Below are positions 1 to 9,224 of a stretch of 64,000 nt of DNA, in pieces. Below the pieces are notes generated by a model that was not told the DNA's origin, searched no databases, and saw nothing but the letters and a program-made list of their open reading frames with translations. The stretch is from a virus: IMG/VR virus record IMGVR_UViG_3300037882_002241, positions 3,803 through 67,802 of that record; one strand, given 5' to 3'. Numbering within the stretch: the stretch's first letter is position 1; every line of letters begins with the position of its first letter. The translations under genes were made by a program, and so were the position numbers.

Positions 1-664
1 TTTCACCTATTGATTTGAATTTATGACCTCGCTCTTTTATTTCTTGATTGCGCCTAAAATAGTTCACAAGCCCCCCAGCTGTTGCTGCTATCATTAATGC
101 CCCGTTTTGTAATTCTGTTCTGTCTATATACGGATTGCGACCGCTACGCCCTATGTTTCTTATGATTTGCTCACAACCTTCGTCATACCAAAAACCCTCA
201 TATATACGCTTGAAAACGTGTGAATATGCCATTTCAGAATGGCTGAAAGGCTTACCAGTATCGGAATTTATAACATTGTTGTCGATATATTCATGAATAT
301 CAGTTAACTTGTGAATTGCCGCTTGTTTAGCTAACATTACGTTTTCTTGTGCGCCACGATTGCCACCGCCATCAACTTTAACGCTTGCATAATCCATGCC
401 TTTACGCCCGTCTTTTTCTAATGGCGCTGATATTAATTCATATGCTTTTAGTGCATCATATTGCTCTTGTGTAAAGCTACCTTTGGAAAAAAACTTGTTT
501 TTATTAACATCTAGGTAATCACTCACCGCCGCAAGTGGGTTAGTTACACCAACAATTTTACCAAATTCAGTCTTTACAACCATATGGCTCATTACATAAT
601 CAGCTTGCGTTCTGATTTTAGCAACTGATATAGACTTAATAGGCTCAAATTTATGTTCAGGCAT
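1..664 (-). CDS. Partial ORF (runs off window start); possible late-gene transcription regulator
   Basis: Not in ORF track. Manually translated open frame from ATG 664 (MPEHKFEPIK...DYASVKVDGGGNRG...) to position 1 with no stop. Position at the end of the early operon suggests a regulator (inference). Confidence 0.55.
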   Translation of the reverse strand, partial: MPEHKFEPIKSISVAKIRTQADYVMSHMVVKTEFGKIVGVTNPLAAVSDYLDVNKNKFFSKGSFTQEQYDALKAYELISAPLEKDGRKGMDYASVKVDGGGNRGAQENVMLAKQAAIHKLTDIHEYIDNNVINSDTGKPFSHSEMAYSHVFKRIYEGFWYDEGCEQIIRNIGRSGRNPYIDRTELQNGALMIAATAGGLVNYFRRNQEIKERGHKFKSIGE

Positions 665-728
665 AGTATCTCTTTAAGGCTAGTTTTAACACTACTAACC
701 TTAAAGTTTATTAAACGCAAGTTATTTC

Positions 729-914
729 TTAACCGCCATTAAACCAATCGTTAAGCTCATCTTTGATTGTTTCATAGCTCTTGCCATCAATTACATCCTT
801 CTTTAGACCATCTAAAGCGTGAACCATATCTCTATAATCGGGGCTTCCTCTACCTCTAAAATGTTGTGCTATTTCAGTCGCTATTTCTATTACTTGTATT
901 TGGTTAATTTTCAT
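729..914 (-). CDS. Hypothetical protein
   Basis: 61 aa ORF overlapping neighbour in tightly packed operon. Confidence 0.6.
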   Translation of the reverse strand: MKINQIQVIEIATEIAQHFRGRGSPDYRDMVHALDGLKKDVIDGKSYETIKDELNDWFNGG

Positions 915-1200
915 TTTCTGTTTCCTTAAATTCTACAAATATAAACCCTATTGCACCGTCAATTTCATCTTGATAATCAGTGTTATTGATATAATATGAT
1001 AGTGATGCAATAGTATCAAAATCATTTAAATCAAAATTACCATCAATGTGCAAATTAACAGATTCCGTAACCATCTTATGCAAATCGTCAAGATTATCAA
1101 CTGCTGAAAAACAACCACGTAAATATAAAACATTCACACCATAGCATGAGTTTTCTTCTTTATGAATAGCAACCCAAAAACCAAATTTTATATCACTCAT
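904..1200 (-). CDS. HicB-like antitoxin domain protein (orphan)
   Basis: AIHKEENSCYGVNVLYLRGCFSAVDNLDDLHKMVTESVNLHI matches the HicB N-terminal pattern (YGV.fPDlpGCfs.GdtldeA); no HicA adjacent. Confidence 0.65.
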   Translation of the reverse strand: MSDIKFGFWVAIHKEENSCYGVNVLYLRGCFSAVDNLDDLHKMVTESVNLHIDGNFDLNDFDTIASLSYYINNTDYQDEIDGAIGFIFVEFKETENEN

Positions 1201-1625
1201 TTGTATTTATCTCCAAATAGTTTTTGTTCTAAATCATCACTTAATCCGCCATAAACATTAATCAATGCGTCAATTTCATAATTTGGCACATATGGATAAA
1301 TAGTATTGCCTATCTCATCTGAAATTGAATCTTCGGCGAATTGAACAAAAGGAAAAGGAATAAAATAATTATCATCCTGTTTTATATAACCAACTTCAAA
1401 TTTTGAAAAATAGTTATAATCATCACAATCATCTCTTGGCTGGCAATAGTGAGTGCGTGAGGCTTGGACACTCAATGAAACTCCCTTATTTAAGGTGATA
1501 CGCTCAAAAATACTAGGATTCAAGAAAACTTCACCTTTGTCATTATGATATTTCTTAAATAGGCTATTATCTTTCATTGCATTAAGTATTTCACCTATTT
1601 TAGGGTATTGTAAATTGTCTTTCAT
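1197..1625 (-). CDS. Conserved phage hypothetical protein
   Basis: LSVQASRTHYCQPR...FEVG...IYPYVP motif typical of a phage hypothetical family; coupled start/stop. Confidence 0.6.
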   Translation of the reverse strand: MKDNLQYPKIGEILNAMKDNSLFKKYHNDKGEVFLNPSIFERITLNKGVSLSVQASRTHYCQPRDDCDDYNYFSKFEVGYIKQDDNYFIPFPFVQFAEDSISDEIGNTIYPYVPNYEIDALINVYGGLSDDLEQKLFGDKYK

Positions 1626-1816
1626 TACTCATCATAACCCTTACATTCATCTGATCTATCAATTAAATATGGTGTTTTATTCGACAAAAAATCCTTAAAT
1701 AAAATACAAACAAAATCACCCGATTTAGTTAAATCCCTAAAATCACAATCAACACTGCAAAAATTACCACATTTTGATGTTCTTATTTTGTGTGTTATAA
1801 CAATCTCACGTTCCAT
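1625..1816 (-). CDS. Small Cys-rich (putative Zn-binding) protein, paralogue family member 1
   Basis: C-x3-C...C-x-L...R-x3-C pattern shared with 6877, 7117 and 11165 ORFs. Confidence 0.6.
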   Translation of the reverse strand: MEREIVITHKIRTSKCGNFCSVDCDFRDLTKSGDFVCILFKDFLSNKTPYLIDRSDECKGYDE

Positions 1817-1826
1817 TATGCCACTC

Positions 1827-2060
1827 CTAAAAAAAATACTTTACTGTTACAGTGAAACTCTCACTAGTGAACTTGAAATCATTAGCAAAAACAACACCAA
1901 AAACTAAGCATCCAAATACAAGACCATCATCATTAATTTGTGATAAATCAGTAAAAAAAGTTTTAGAGCGCTGTCTAATTATGTCAACTAAAAATATAAA
2001 TAGGTGCGATGACGCATAGAATAAAATTGTAATGAATATTGTATTTAATATAAGTTTCAT
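1827..2060 (-). CDS. Small membrane protein
   Basis: Two hydrophobic segments. Confidence 0.5.
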   Translation of the reverse strand: MKLILNTIFITILFYASSHLFIFLVDIIRQRSKTFFTDLSQINDDGLVFGCLVFGVVFANDFKFTSESFTVTVKYFF

Positions 2061-2311
2061 TATGCTACTCCTAGTTCTGCGAGCAATTCATCGTCTTCTT
2101 TTGTAAATACAATTTTACCAGATGGTTTTAATTTGCGTTTAACTACATAGCCTGAATTTTGTAACTGTGATTTAACTGAATACAAATGATTTGCTAAAAA
2201 TGAAGCGCAACCAAACTGCATAACCATTTCTACATACGCATTCATCCCATTTTCTGAAACAGGTTGAAATTTTACGAACAATCCATCTTTATAATACGTT
2301 AAATCAGTCAT
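2060..2311 (-). CDS. Hypothetical protein
   Basis: 83 aa ORF coupled to neighbours. Confidence 0.55.
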   Translation of the reverse strand: MTDLTYYKDGLFVKFQPVSENGMNAYVEMVMQFGCASFLANHLYSVKSQLQNSGYVVKRKLKPSGKIVFTKEDDELLAELGVA

Positions 2312-2853
2312 TTTTGTAACTCCCTTAATTTTATTAAGGTATCAACAATTAAAATCGCCTCCCGATTGTTAGCCCAATGATTAATGGCTTCTTCGACTGT
2401 AAAGTTTCTACACTCTGCTAATATCCTGCCACAGGATGACATGAAAAAACAATGCCCACGAGTGTCAACTAAATAATTTATTACGCCACTAACCCGTGCA
2501 CTGCCGCTAACCCGTGCAGTGCCGCTAACCCGTGCAGCACCGCTAACCCATGCAGTGCCGCTAACCCGTGCAGCACCGCTAACCCATGCAGTGCCGCTAA
2601 CCCATGCAGTGCCGCTAACCCGTGCACCGTCGAAAACCTGTGCAGTGCCGCTAACCCGTGCAGCACCGCTAACCCATGCAGTGCCGCTAACCCGTGCATC
2701 GTCGAAAACCCATGCATCGTCGAAATGTGATAAATTTATTTCACTCTGAACATACCCACCAACTTCACCTTTTTTTACGTCACCAAAATTAATGAGTGCC
2801 TTTACTCTAAAAAGCCCGTCAATGCCCGTTTTAATTAATTCATATTTTTTCAT
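2308..2853 (-). CDS. Hexapeptide-repeat (beta-helix) phage protein
   Basis: MKKYEL...GEVGGYVQSEINLSH N-terminus then G(T/A)A(R/W)VS repeats; own promoter and RBS upstream. Confidence 0.8.
   Translation of the reverse strand: MKKYELIKTGIDGLFRVKALINFGDVKKGEVGGYVQSEINLSHFDDAWVFDDARVSGTAWVSGAARVSGTAQVFDGARVSGTAWVSGTAWVSGAARVSGTAWVSGAARVSGTARVSGSARVSGVINYLVDTRGHCFFMSSCGRILAECRNFTVEEAINHWANNREAILIVDTLIKLRELQK
2487..2725. repeat. 18-bp coding tandem repeat (gccgctaaccc(g/a)tgcagt/ca)
   Basis: About 13 imperfect units visible directly. Confidence 0.9.
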
Positions 2854-2916
2854 TTATTCTATCCGTTGTTAGGTTCAATATAAACTAATTTATCAACCTG
2901 TCAATAGTTTTTTTCA

Positions 2917-3279
2917 CTAAAAATCAAAAATTAACAATCCATAATCAATATCTTTTAATGATATATTCTCGATAACAGCAACTTCGCACTCATCACTTAA
3001 ATCAATTCCATCACCAAATGATTGACTAACAAAATCAACTGCATTTATTGGTCTTTCAATTACGAAAATCGCTATTTTGCCTTCACTATTATCTTCACTG
3101 TCTCTTGGAAGTCGCGCAAAATATTCTGCAACTTCAACTTTAGTCGAAAATGATATATGTTTGTCGCCATATGGGGCAACTTTAATAAAACCTTCTTTTA
3201 TTATTTTTTCTGAATAGCAAGTCCCGTGATAAATAGGATTAATGAAATCATTAATTTGTTTTCCAAAACACTTAAACAT
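2917..3279 (-). CDS. Putative ADP-ribosyltransferase-fold protein
   Basis: YHGT...IIKEGF...ISFST...VAEYFA...ECEVAV resembles the ART H / S-x-S / E-x-E motif order. Confidence 0.5.
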   Translation of the reverse strand: MFKCFGKQINDFINPIYHGTCYSEKIIKEGFIKVAPYGDKHISFSTKVEVAEYFARLPRDSEDNSEGKIAIFVIERPINAVDFVSQSFGDGIDLSDECEVAVIENISLKDIDYGLLIFDF

Positions 3280-4448
3280 TACAAATAACTCCCTACCAAT
3301 GAATTTGTGTTATACCTTTTAAGTGTCAAAGAACTTTCATGTGTCAGTTTGCGACCACCTGCTACAGTATTGTTAGGTGGTATTAATTTTCTTATTTCAC
3401 CATCACAAACATAAGGTAACAACTCAATAACTTCATGCTCTTTTAGCCCAGTTACAACGCAAATCATATCTACACCATTGCCTACGTTATACAATTCACG
3501 AACCCGTGACTTATTTCTAAATATAATTTCATCGCGAGATAAATCTTCTATTTTTTGTGTTTTTTTTAATAAATTGTTATCTTTTACAAATTTTGATATG
3601 TTATTTCTACCAACATGCACTATGGATTCAATCTGCGCCATAGTCATTTGTTGATAAAACTCAGTTATAAAATCACTAACCTTATAATTTTCACCGTCAT
3701 ATGATATTATTTTATTCATATGATTTTTAAAAACAACACCCTTTTGATTGATTTTAATACGAGGTTTATAAGATGATATTACCCCTCTTTTTCTCTTAAC
3801 CCTACTTTGAATAAATCCTTTAGGTTTTTTTAAACCCATACTCATTCTTTTTTTGAAGACATTACTTTCAGAACACCCGATAATGGTTGCAAGGTGAACG
3901 TCATTTAATGTTTTGTAAAACAATTCAATCAATGATTGACGTGAATACGATTTGCCATCATAAACAACCTCTTTAATCCAGTCATAATCAATTTTAGGTT
4001 CATTTTTTTGCTTAAAACATTCAGTGGCTTTTCGCTCTTGTGGTGATAGACTTGATTTTAAATACCTTAATCTTTCAAGCTTTCCTTTTACAGCAGTCTC
4101 AGGCAAATCAACCATTACCGATAGTTTAGCATTACTATGGGTTTTCCAATATTTATCAAGAATATTTAAACGTGACAATTTAATGCCATCACATTCAAGT
4201 AGGTATTCCCAATTATAATGTCCACGCTCGTTTAAATGTGTATTGTTTTTTTCAATGTAATTCTTATTTTGCACCTTAACTAAATCAAGCTTTTTCATAC
4301 CACGTGAAACGGCACTTTCAGATATTCCTAAAATATTACCCATTTCACGAATAAGTATTTTCTTGTAATTTTTTTGCAAAAACTCACTTGCAGTTAATTG
4401 TAAACCATTATGAGTGATTACCTTTGACCAGTCCATGTTATTTGACAT
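3279..4448 (-). CDS. Multi-HTH repeat DNA-binding protein
   Basis: Four to five repeated HTH-like modules (e.g. EMGNILGISESAVSR, HLATIIGCSESNVFKK); very basic. Confidence 0.55.
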   Translation of the reverse strand: MSNNMDWSKVITHNGLQLTASEFLQKNYKKILIREMGNILGISESAVSRGMKKLDLVKVQNKNYIEKNNTHLNERGHYNWEYLLECDGIKLSRLNILDKYWKTHSNAKLSVMVDLPETAVKGKLERLRYLKSSLSPQERKATECFKQKNEPKIDYDWIKEVVYDGKSYSRQSLIELFYKTLNDVHLATIIGCSESNVFKKRMSMGLKKPKGFIQSRVKRKRGVISSYKPRIKINQKGVVFKNHMNKIISYDGENYKVSDFITEFYQQMTMAQIESIVHVGRNNISKFVKDNNLLKKTQKIEDLSRDEIIFRNKSRVRELYNVGNGVDMICVVTGLKEHEVIELLPYVCDGEIRKLIPPNNTVAGGRKLTHESSLTLKRYNTNSLVGSYL

Positions 4449-4449
4449 T

Positions 4450-4788
4450 TTAAATTTCCGTATCTGGAATAATTATAAATTTATTTTTGAAATTTTCATG
4501 CTCTACCAATGTATTGTCTTTAATCAATAAAAAACCTTTATAATTAGTAACCTCACCTAAATAAAAATCTTTATAACGCCATAAATATACCATCACAAAG
4601 TCACCTTTCTTTAAATTACCCCAGTCATCACGCCATTTTAAAGGTTGGGGGTTAGCGGCGATTATATGAGGTGCGGCAGCTTGTAAGGATTCATCCAATA
4701 AATAGCTAGATGGCAACCACTCATCGCTCCTAACGTAGCAATCTTGAACTGCTCCTATAGCATCATCACTTATTACAAATTCATTCAT
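4450..4788 (-). CDS. Hypothetical protein
   Basis: ORF 4450-4815; the likelier start MNEFVIS follows a GGAG RBS. Confidence 0.55.
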   Translation of the reverse strand: MNEFVISDDAIGAVQDCYVRSDEWLPSSYLLDESLQAAAPHIIAANPQPLKWRDDWGNLKKGDFVMVYLWRYKDFYLGEVTNYKGFLLIKDNTLVEHENFKNKFIIIPDTEI

Positions 4789-4807
4789 TTTCTTAACTCC
4801 CCGATTA

Positions 4808-5065
4808 TTAGGCAATATCTGTATCTGTTTTATTTCGATTGAAATACATAGCCTCAGCGATTAGAGGCGTAATATTTAGATATTTAGAAATGCGCTCAAT
4901 CTTATCTGTATCATTTAAAAATGGCTCAATCAGTGGGTTAGCCTTTTGAAGAAATGGGAATACGTCGTTTAACATATCATCTAAAGTCCCCGTAAGCTGA
5001 CAAGCATTGTTAAAATACTTGTCGATAGCAAGTAATGCGGATTGCGGTATGGTGATTTTAGCCAT
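4808..5065 (-). CDS. Hypothetical protein
   Basis: 85 aa ORF in operon. Confidence 0.55.
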   Translation of the reverse strand: MAKITIPQSALLAIDKYFNNACQLTGTLDDMLNDVFPFLQKANPLIEPFLNDTDKIERISKYLNITPLIAEAMYFNRNKTDTDIA

Positions 5066-5069
5066 TTTC

Positions 5070-5309
5070 TTAACTCCCAGACTTCAAAGCTTTTTTAAAA
5101 GCACCTAGATTAAATCTTAAATCATAGCCCATCAGTTTACGTTCACTTTCAGTTAAAGTAACTAATTGGTCTTTCATTTCATCTATGCAATCTTGAAACC
5201 AATGTTTCTGCGTTTCGGTTAGCTTGATATTCATTGTTCCAGTTACAAAGTCATAATGTCTTAGCAAGAGCTGCCCCATAGCTTGGCGTTTTTCCATATC
5301 TATTTGCAT
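5070..5309 (-). CDS. Hypothetical protein
   Basis: 79 aa ORF with AGGA RBS. Confidence 0.55.
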   Translation of the reverse strand: MQIDMEKRQAMGQLLLRHYDFVTGTMNIKLTETQKHWFQDCIDEMKDQLVTLTESERKLMGYDLRFNLGAFKKALKSGS

Positions 5310-5443
5310 GATTTATCCTAACACAACTACACATAAAATAGGGAATACGATTGTGCATACAAATATTGCAGTTAAAGTTGCTAAGATTTTAGCACCGTCA
5401 ATTACCATTTCTGTAATTAATTTAATATTGTTTTTCATTTTAA

Positions 5444-5671
5444 TTACTCCTCAATAATTTCAGAATTAAAATCTAATTCGTTTAGAGTAAAAGTAAATGG
5501 GGTCTTGTCAATCATATATAACGAACCAATTTCGTTATTAAATTGGTTATCACTTGCTTTTTCTTCAATTTTTTCATAAAGAGCATCAAAATTAAAATTT
5601 TTAATTACCATGCCATCTAACATAGCTTTAATTTCAGATTTTGTTTCTTTTGTTAATATTAAGTGTTTCAT
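5444..5671 (-). CDS. Hypothetical protein
   Basis: Directly behind a copy of the early promoter/RBS motif. Confidence 0.6.
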   Translation of the reverse strand: MKHLILTKETKSEIKAMLDGMVIKNFNFDALYEKIEEKASDNQFNNEIGSLYMIDKTPFTFTLNELDFNSEIIEE

Positions 5672-5746
5672 TTATTTTCTCCGTTGTTATGCTATTTATA
5701 ACACAATCCTTCAACGTGTCAATAGTTATTTATGGAAAAACACAAT

Positions 5747-5965
5747 TTAATTTTCTTCTAAAAATGACAGTGGTAATGCTCTATTCCATACCCTGCCCAA
5801 AGGTTCAAATAAATGGTTGTGGAAAAAATCATCATTCCATTCAAGCACTTCAAAATACACGCCATCACCTAAACAAGCATTAATCTCAACTAAATATCTA
5901 ACGCCATTAATTAGCTTTTCTTGTTCTGTTACCCACGGGATTTTATTTTCTATCATCTCTGCCAA
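5747..5965 (-). CDS. Hypothetical protein
   Basis: 72 aa ORF overlapping upstream gene. Confidence 0.5.
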   Translation of the reverse strand: MAEMIENKIPWVTEQEKLINGVRYLVEINACLGDGVYFEVLEWNDDFFHNHLFEPLGRVWNRALPLSFLEEN

Positions 5966-6656
5966 TTCCCCTTGTATGAGTTGCGTGTAGCATCATTAAA
6001 TTTGATAGTGCGTGACTTAAATGACTTACACCACTTTCTTTGTCTAATTCTTCACCACCCCACCATTTAAACAAGTGACGCAATATAGCGGCATATAAAC
6101 GCCCGTAATCAAAACCTTTTTCCCAGTTCCTATCACTGTATTTTTTAGCACCGTATGCAAAGCCATCACCTGCGCCTAGTAATGGTTCTATAGGTAATAA
6201 ATCCATTCTTGGCTTGCCGTCATCATTTTTGATTGCGGCTTTAATATCAGTTGAATGTAGCCTTTTATTTTCTGGTAAAAAATCATCAACTAAGTTTCTT
6301 AATTTTAAATAATTATTAACAAGATTAAAAAGATTAGGGTGTTCTTTGAGTAGTTTATCACTATTCCAAAGGTGATACATATCACCATTAATATGAACGC
6401 TTAATCCAACGATGGTAAAAAAATCTTTCTCAACTAAAACTTTCGTTTTATAGAAAAAAGAATTAACAGGGTCAAAACCAGTATCTGAAAATAACAATTT
6501 ACCACGTATAATATAATCATTAAAAAAATCATAATCTACAGCTAATTTTATGATTAGGTTTTTACATTGAGAATCATTGTTTATGTCTTTTAATATTGCA
6601 TCAAACTTTTTAAAAAACTCTGTTCTTTCATGAGCTGTTTTTATCATGATTGCCAC
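5943..6656 (-). CDS. dATP/dGTP diphosphohydrolase-domain protein (DUF5664-like) with N-terminal extension
   Basis: KNDDGKPRMDLLP...YGAKKYSDRNWEKG...RHLFKWWGGEELDKESGVSHLSHALSNLMML. Confidence 0.8.
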   Translation of the reverse strand: MAIMIKTAHERTEFFKKFDAILKDINNDSQCKNLIIKLAVDYDFFNDYIIRGKLLFSDTGFDPVNSFFYKTKVLVEKDFFTIVGLSVHINGDMYHLWNSDKLLKEHPNLFNLVNNYLKLRNLVDDFLPENKRLHSTDIKAAIKNDDGKPRMDLLPIEPLLGAGDGFAYGAKKYSDRNWEKGFDYGRLYAAILRHLFKWWGGEELDKESGVSHLSHALSNLMMLHATHTRGIGRDDRK

Positions 6657-6880
6657 CCGTTTTTAATTACAATTAACGTAGGGACACTTGAAATTCCCAA
6701 TGTATTAGCTAAAACATAATGCTCGTCAAGGTCAATGTAATAAGACGTAGCGTTAAATCCTTCTAATGCTAGCTCTACAGTTGGTTTTAGTGTCTTACAA
6801 GGGCTACACCATGGCGCACCTGCAAATAGCAATACATTTCCTGTTTTTGGCAATTCTGTGCCTTCTTTATAATTTGTCAT
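6644..6880 (-). CDS. Thioredoxin-like protein (C-terminally short)
   Basis: APWCSPCK active site, SSVPTL cis-Pro motif; stops at KNGWQS. Confidence 0.8.
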   Translation of the reverse strand: MTNYKEGTELPKTGNVLLFAGAPWCSPCKTLKPTVELALEGFNATSYYIDLDEHYVLANTLGISSVPTLIVIKNGWQS

Positions 6881-7107
6881 CTGTTAAAACCCTGTCCGTC
6901 ATTATGTATTTCTGAAAAAATACATCTATCATCACGCAATACGCTTTCAACCCCCTTAAATTTTTTAGTAGCAAGTTCACCATATATTAAACATCTTTCA
7001 CTATCATCTTTATGTGATTTTAATATTTTATCAAAAAACTTACACGATTTATGACATTCACTACCACTAGAAACTATAATCTCTACTCTAATTTTTTTTG
7101 TTGTCAT
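6877..7107 (-). CDS. Small Cys-rich protein, paralogue family member 2
   Basis: ECHKSC...CLIY...RDDRC. Confidence 0.6.
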   Translation of the reverse strand: MTTKKIRVEIIVSSGSECHKSCKFFDKILKSHKDDSERCLIYGELATKKFKGVESVLRDDRCIFSEIHNDGQGFNR

Positions 7108-7116
7108 TGCTATCTC

Positions 7117-7320
7117 CTAAGCTGGTTCTTTGTTAATGCACTGTGGTAATCTTGACCATTTACGGCTAAATCTATCAAATTTCATGATTCTATCATAAAG
7201 CTCGCACCACTCAACATTTTCTGAGTTGAAGTGATCACATTCATATTTACAAAACTTACCACATTCGCTGTGCTTTACTTCGTGTGGTTCTTTTTTACGG
7301 GGTATTAATGTTGTTTTCAT
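7117..7320 (-). CDS. Small Cys-rich protein, paralogue family member 3
   Basis: CGKFCKYEC...CELY...RLPQC; behind early promoter copy. Confidence 0.6.
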   Translation of the reverse strand: MKTTLIPRKKEPHEVKHSECGKFCKYECDHFNSENVEWCELYDRIMKFDRFSRKWSRLPQCINKEPA

Positions 7321-7374
7321 TTATTATCTCCAATGTTAAATTTACAATAGCATAAACTAACGCACTGTCAATAG

Positions 7375-7896
7375 TTACTTTGCTTTGTCTGCTTTTAAAT
7401 TATCGGTTACGTTCTTAAACAATTCCGCAACCTTTAGCTTTTGTTCTTCATCAATAGGAACTGGTTCTATGCCGTCTAAAACCAATTTAATTAAATAAAT
7501 TTCAACTTTTATAGGTTGCTGCAATTCATTGCATTTATTGATAAATTCAGAAGTTTGCGGCTTATATCTTACATCACCATACTGCCCTGTAATGTAGTTG
7601 TGAATAACTTTTTTAATAAAACTTAACGGAATATGTTTAATATATTCAATCATGTGCTTGATTTGAATAATCAATCTATCATCTGAAAGATTACTAGCAT
7701 ATTCAGCGAAATAAGGCTCTAATACTAAAGTTAGCGTATTAAAATCAGCCAATGGCTTTGGTTTTTCAAGTGAGCTTAACCTATCAGTTAAAACTTGCCT
7801 TGTTTTTGCAGTTAATGGCTTTGATAATCTCAAGAAGTCCTTGCCATCTTTAAAGCAACGTTCGCTCTCGTCTATAATTTTCTTCACCAATATCAT
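7375..7896 (-). CDS. Replication-associated protein (helicase loader / lambda P-like position); start rebuilt at the IS junction
   Basis: Follows the initiator gene; PLSFIKKVIHNYITG...YKPQTSEF motif. The first ~28 codons of the 7375-7980 ORF are IS right-end sequence. Confidence 0.55.
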   Translation of the reverse strand: MILVKKIIDESERCFKDGKDFLRLSKPLTAKTRQVLTDRLSSLEKPKPLADFNTLTLVLEPYFAEYASNLSDDRLIIQIKHMIEYIKHIPLSFIKKVIHNYITGQYGDVRYKPQTSEFINKCNELQQPIKVEIYLIKLVLDGIEPVPIDEEQKLKVAELFKNVTDNLKADKAK

Positions 7897-8060
7897 TGAC
7901 ATCCTCTCCATCTCTAAAGATGGGGATTCCCTTTCAGAAGTTAGCACTTCGTAGATAGTTGCATTAGCTTGCATTAACAAACCTCTGTCTTACACCATCT
8001 CCATGCTCTAACACGGTATGTCCTACCGCTAGTATATTCTTTGCAGCGTTCAAATCTCGG
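7876..8060 (-). ncRNA. Predicted omegaRNA (reRNA) with guide TGATATTGGTGAAGAAAATT
   Basis: Established TnpB architecture: scaffold overlaps tnpB 3' end and right end; guide is the flank after TCAA. 5' boundary approximate. Confidence 0.7.
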
Positions 8061-9224
8061 CTCATTGTATTGTCACATGATACGCACTCATAGAACCTTT
8101 TTGAAAGATTCTTCATCTGCTTATTTACTGCACCACAACATGAGCAAAGTTGAGTTGAAGGGAAAAACCTATCAATCTTAACCATTACTTTACCATATCG
8201 TTTTGCTTTTTCTTCAATCATCGAGATTGTTGCACCTATTGCAGCATCTGATATTGAACGGGCTAAGTTGTGATTTTTAACCATGCCCCTTAAGTTTAAA
8301 TCCTCAACAGCGATAACGTCAAATCTCTTGATTATATCAGTTGTGAATTTATGTTGAAAATCCTTGCGTCTATTAGATACATTTAGCTCTAATTTAGCTA
8401 GCTTTTTACGAGCTAACTCACGACGTTTTGAACCTTGTTTCTTCTTTGCTAACCTCTTAGCTAAAAGCTTTCTTCTCTTATGCACATCTCTTGAAAGTTT
8501 TTGAGATACTATTTCCTCACCGTTAGATAAGCAAGCGAATGACTTTATACCAAAATCTATACCTATGCTTTGACCAGTTTTATTGAATGTATTAACATTC
8601 TTTTCGACTACAAAAGAAGCGAAATATTGCCCCGATGGATTACGTATAACCGTAACACTAGATGGTGCAGATGGCATCTTGCGGCTCATCTTAATTTTCA
8701 CTAGCCCTATTTTAGCAATAGAGAGCCTATTTCCATCTGTGAATTTAAAAGCATTATTTGTGTATCTAGCAGACTGATGTCCTGTTTTTTTCTTAAAATT
8801 AGGATACTTAGCACGTTTAGCAAAGAAGCTCTGAAAAGCAGTCTGCAAATCATCCAATGATTGCTGCAAAGCTACAGATGAAACTTCATTTAACCAAACG
8901 TATTCATGCTCTTTTTTTAAGAGAGTTAATGCCGCACTCATAGTGTTAAAATTCATACGAACATTATTGTCTTTAAATGCAGCCGTTCTTTTTGCTAAAG
9001 CATTATTGTAAACTACTCGAACGCAACCGAATGTTTTAGCAAGGTGTTCTTGCTGCGCATCATCAGGGTATATTCTGTAGTTATATCTTAGCTTCATGTG
9101 TTTATAACTATCACGCTTTATTTATAAGGTCAAGAGTTATTTTTATATTTTAGTTATTTAAGAGTTCGCTACGCTCTAAAGGTATCGATTATATCTCTCT
9201 ACCTAAAGACGGGCATTACGTGAT
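7896..9224 (-). mobile_element. IS200/IS605-family, TnpB-only (IS1341-like) element
   Basis: Right end GAATCCCCATCTTTAGAGATGGAGAGGATGTCAA ending at 7896; left end with subterminal imperfect hairpin ~9190-9220 preceded by TTAT (9228-9225); no tnpA. Confidence 0.85.
7964..9097 (-). CDS. tnpB: RNA-guided endonuclease TnpB
   Basis: YNYRIYP/FGCVRVVYN HTH, RuvC GIDFG, VEDL, RDLNAAKNI all intact; CSCC...CVSC zinc finger. Confidence 0.95.
   Translation of the reverse strand: MKLRYNYRIYPDDAQQEHLAKTFGCVRVVYNNALAKRTAAFKDNNVRMNFNTMSAALTLLKKEHEYVWLNEVSSVALQQSLDDLQTAFQSFFAKRAKYPNFKKKTGHQSARYTNNAFKFTDGNRLSIAKIGLVKIKMSRKMPSAPSSVTVIRNPSGQYFASFVVEKNVNTFNKTGQSIGIDFGIKSFACLSNGEEIVSQKLSRDVHKRRKLLAKRLAKKKQGSKRRELARKKLAKLELNVSNRRKDFQHKFTTDIIKRFDVIAVEDLNLRGMVKNHNLARSISDAAIGATISMIEEKAKRYGKVMVKIDRFFPSTQLCSCCGAVNKQMKNLSKRFYECVSCDNTMSRDLNAAKNILAVGHTVLEHGDGVRQRFVNAS

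Noticed and set aside
2481-2749. Alternative-frame and antisense ORFs over the 18-bp repeat (also 13150-13492)
   Set aside because: Shadows of stop-free tandem repeats; the main frames have RBS, promoter and non-repeat domains
5943-6656. Z-genome or other base-substitution pathway
   Set aside because: DUF5664-like domain present, but no PurZ, DNA polymerase or modification cluster recognised
7897-7980. N-terminal 28 aa of ORF 7375-7980
   Set aside because: Encoded by the IS right end/omegaRNA, so unlikely part of the native protein
7896-9224. IStron (group I intron-IS hybrid) explaining tolerance of the insertion
   Set aside because: Only about 127 bp lie between the left end and tnpB, too short for a group I core; both flanking ORFs are open without splicing
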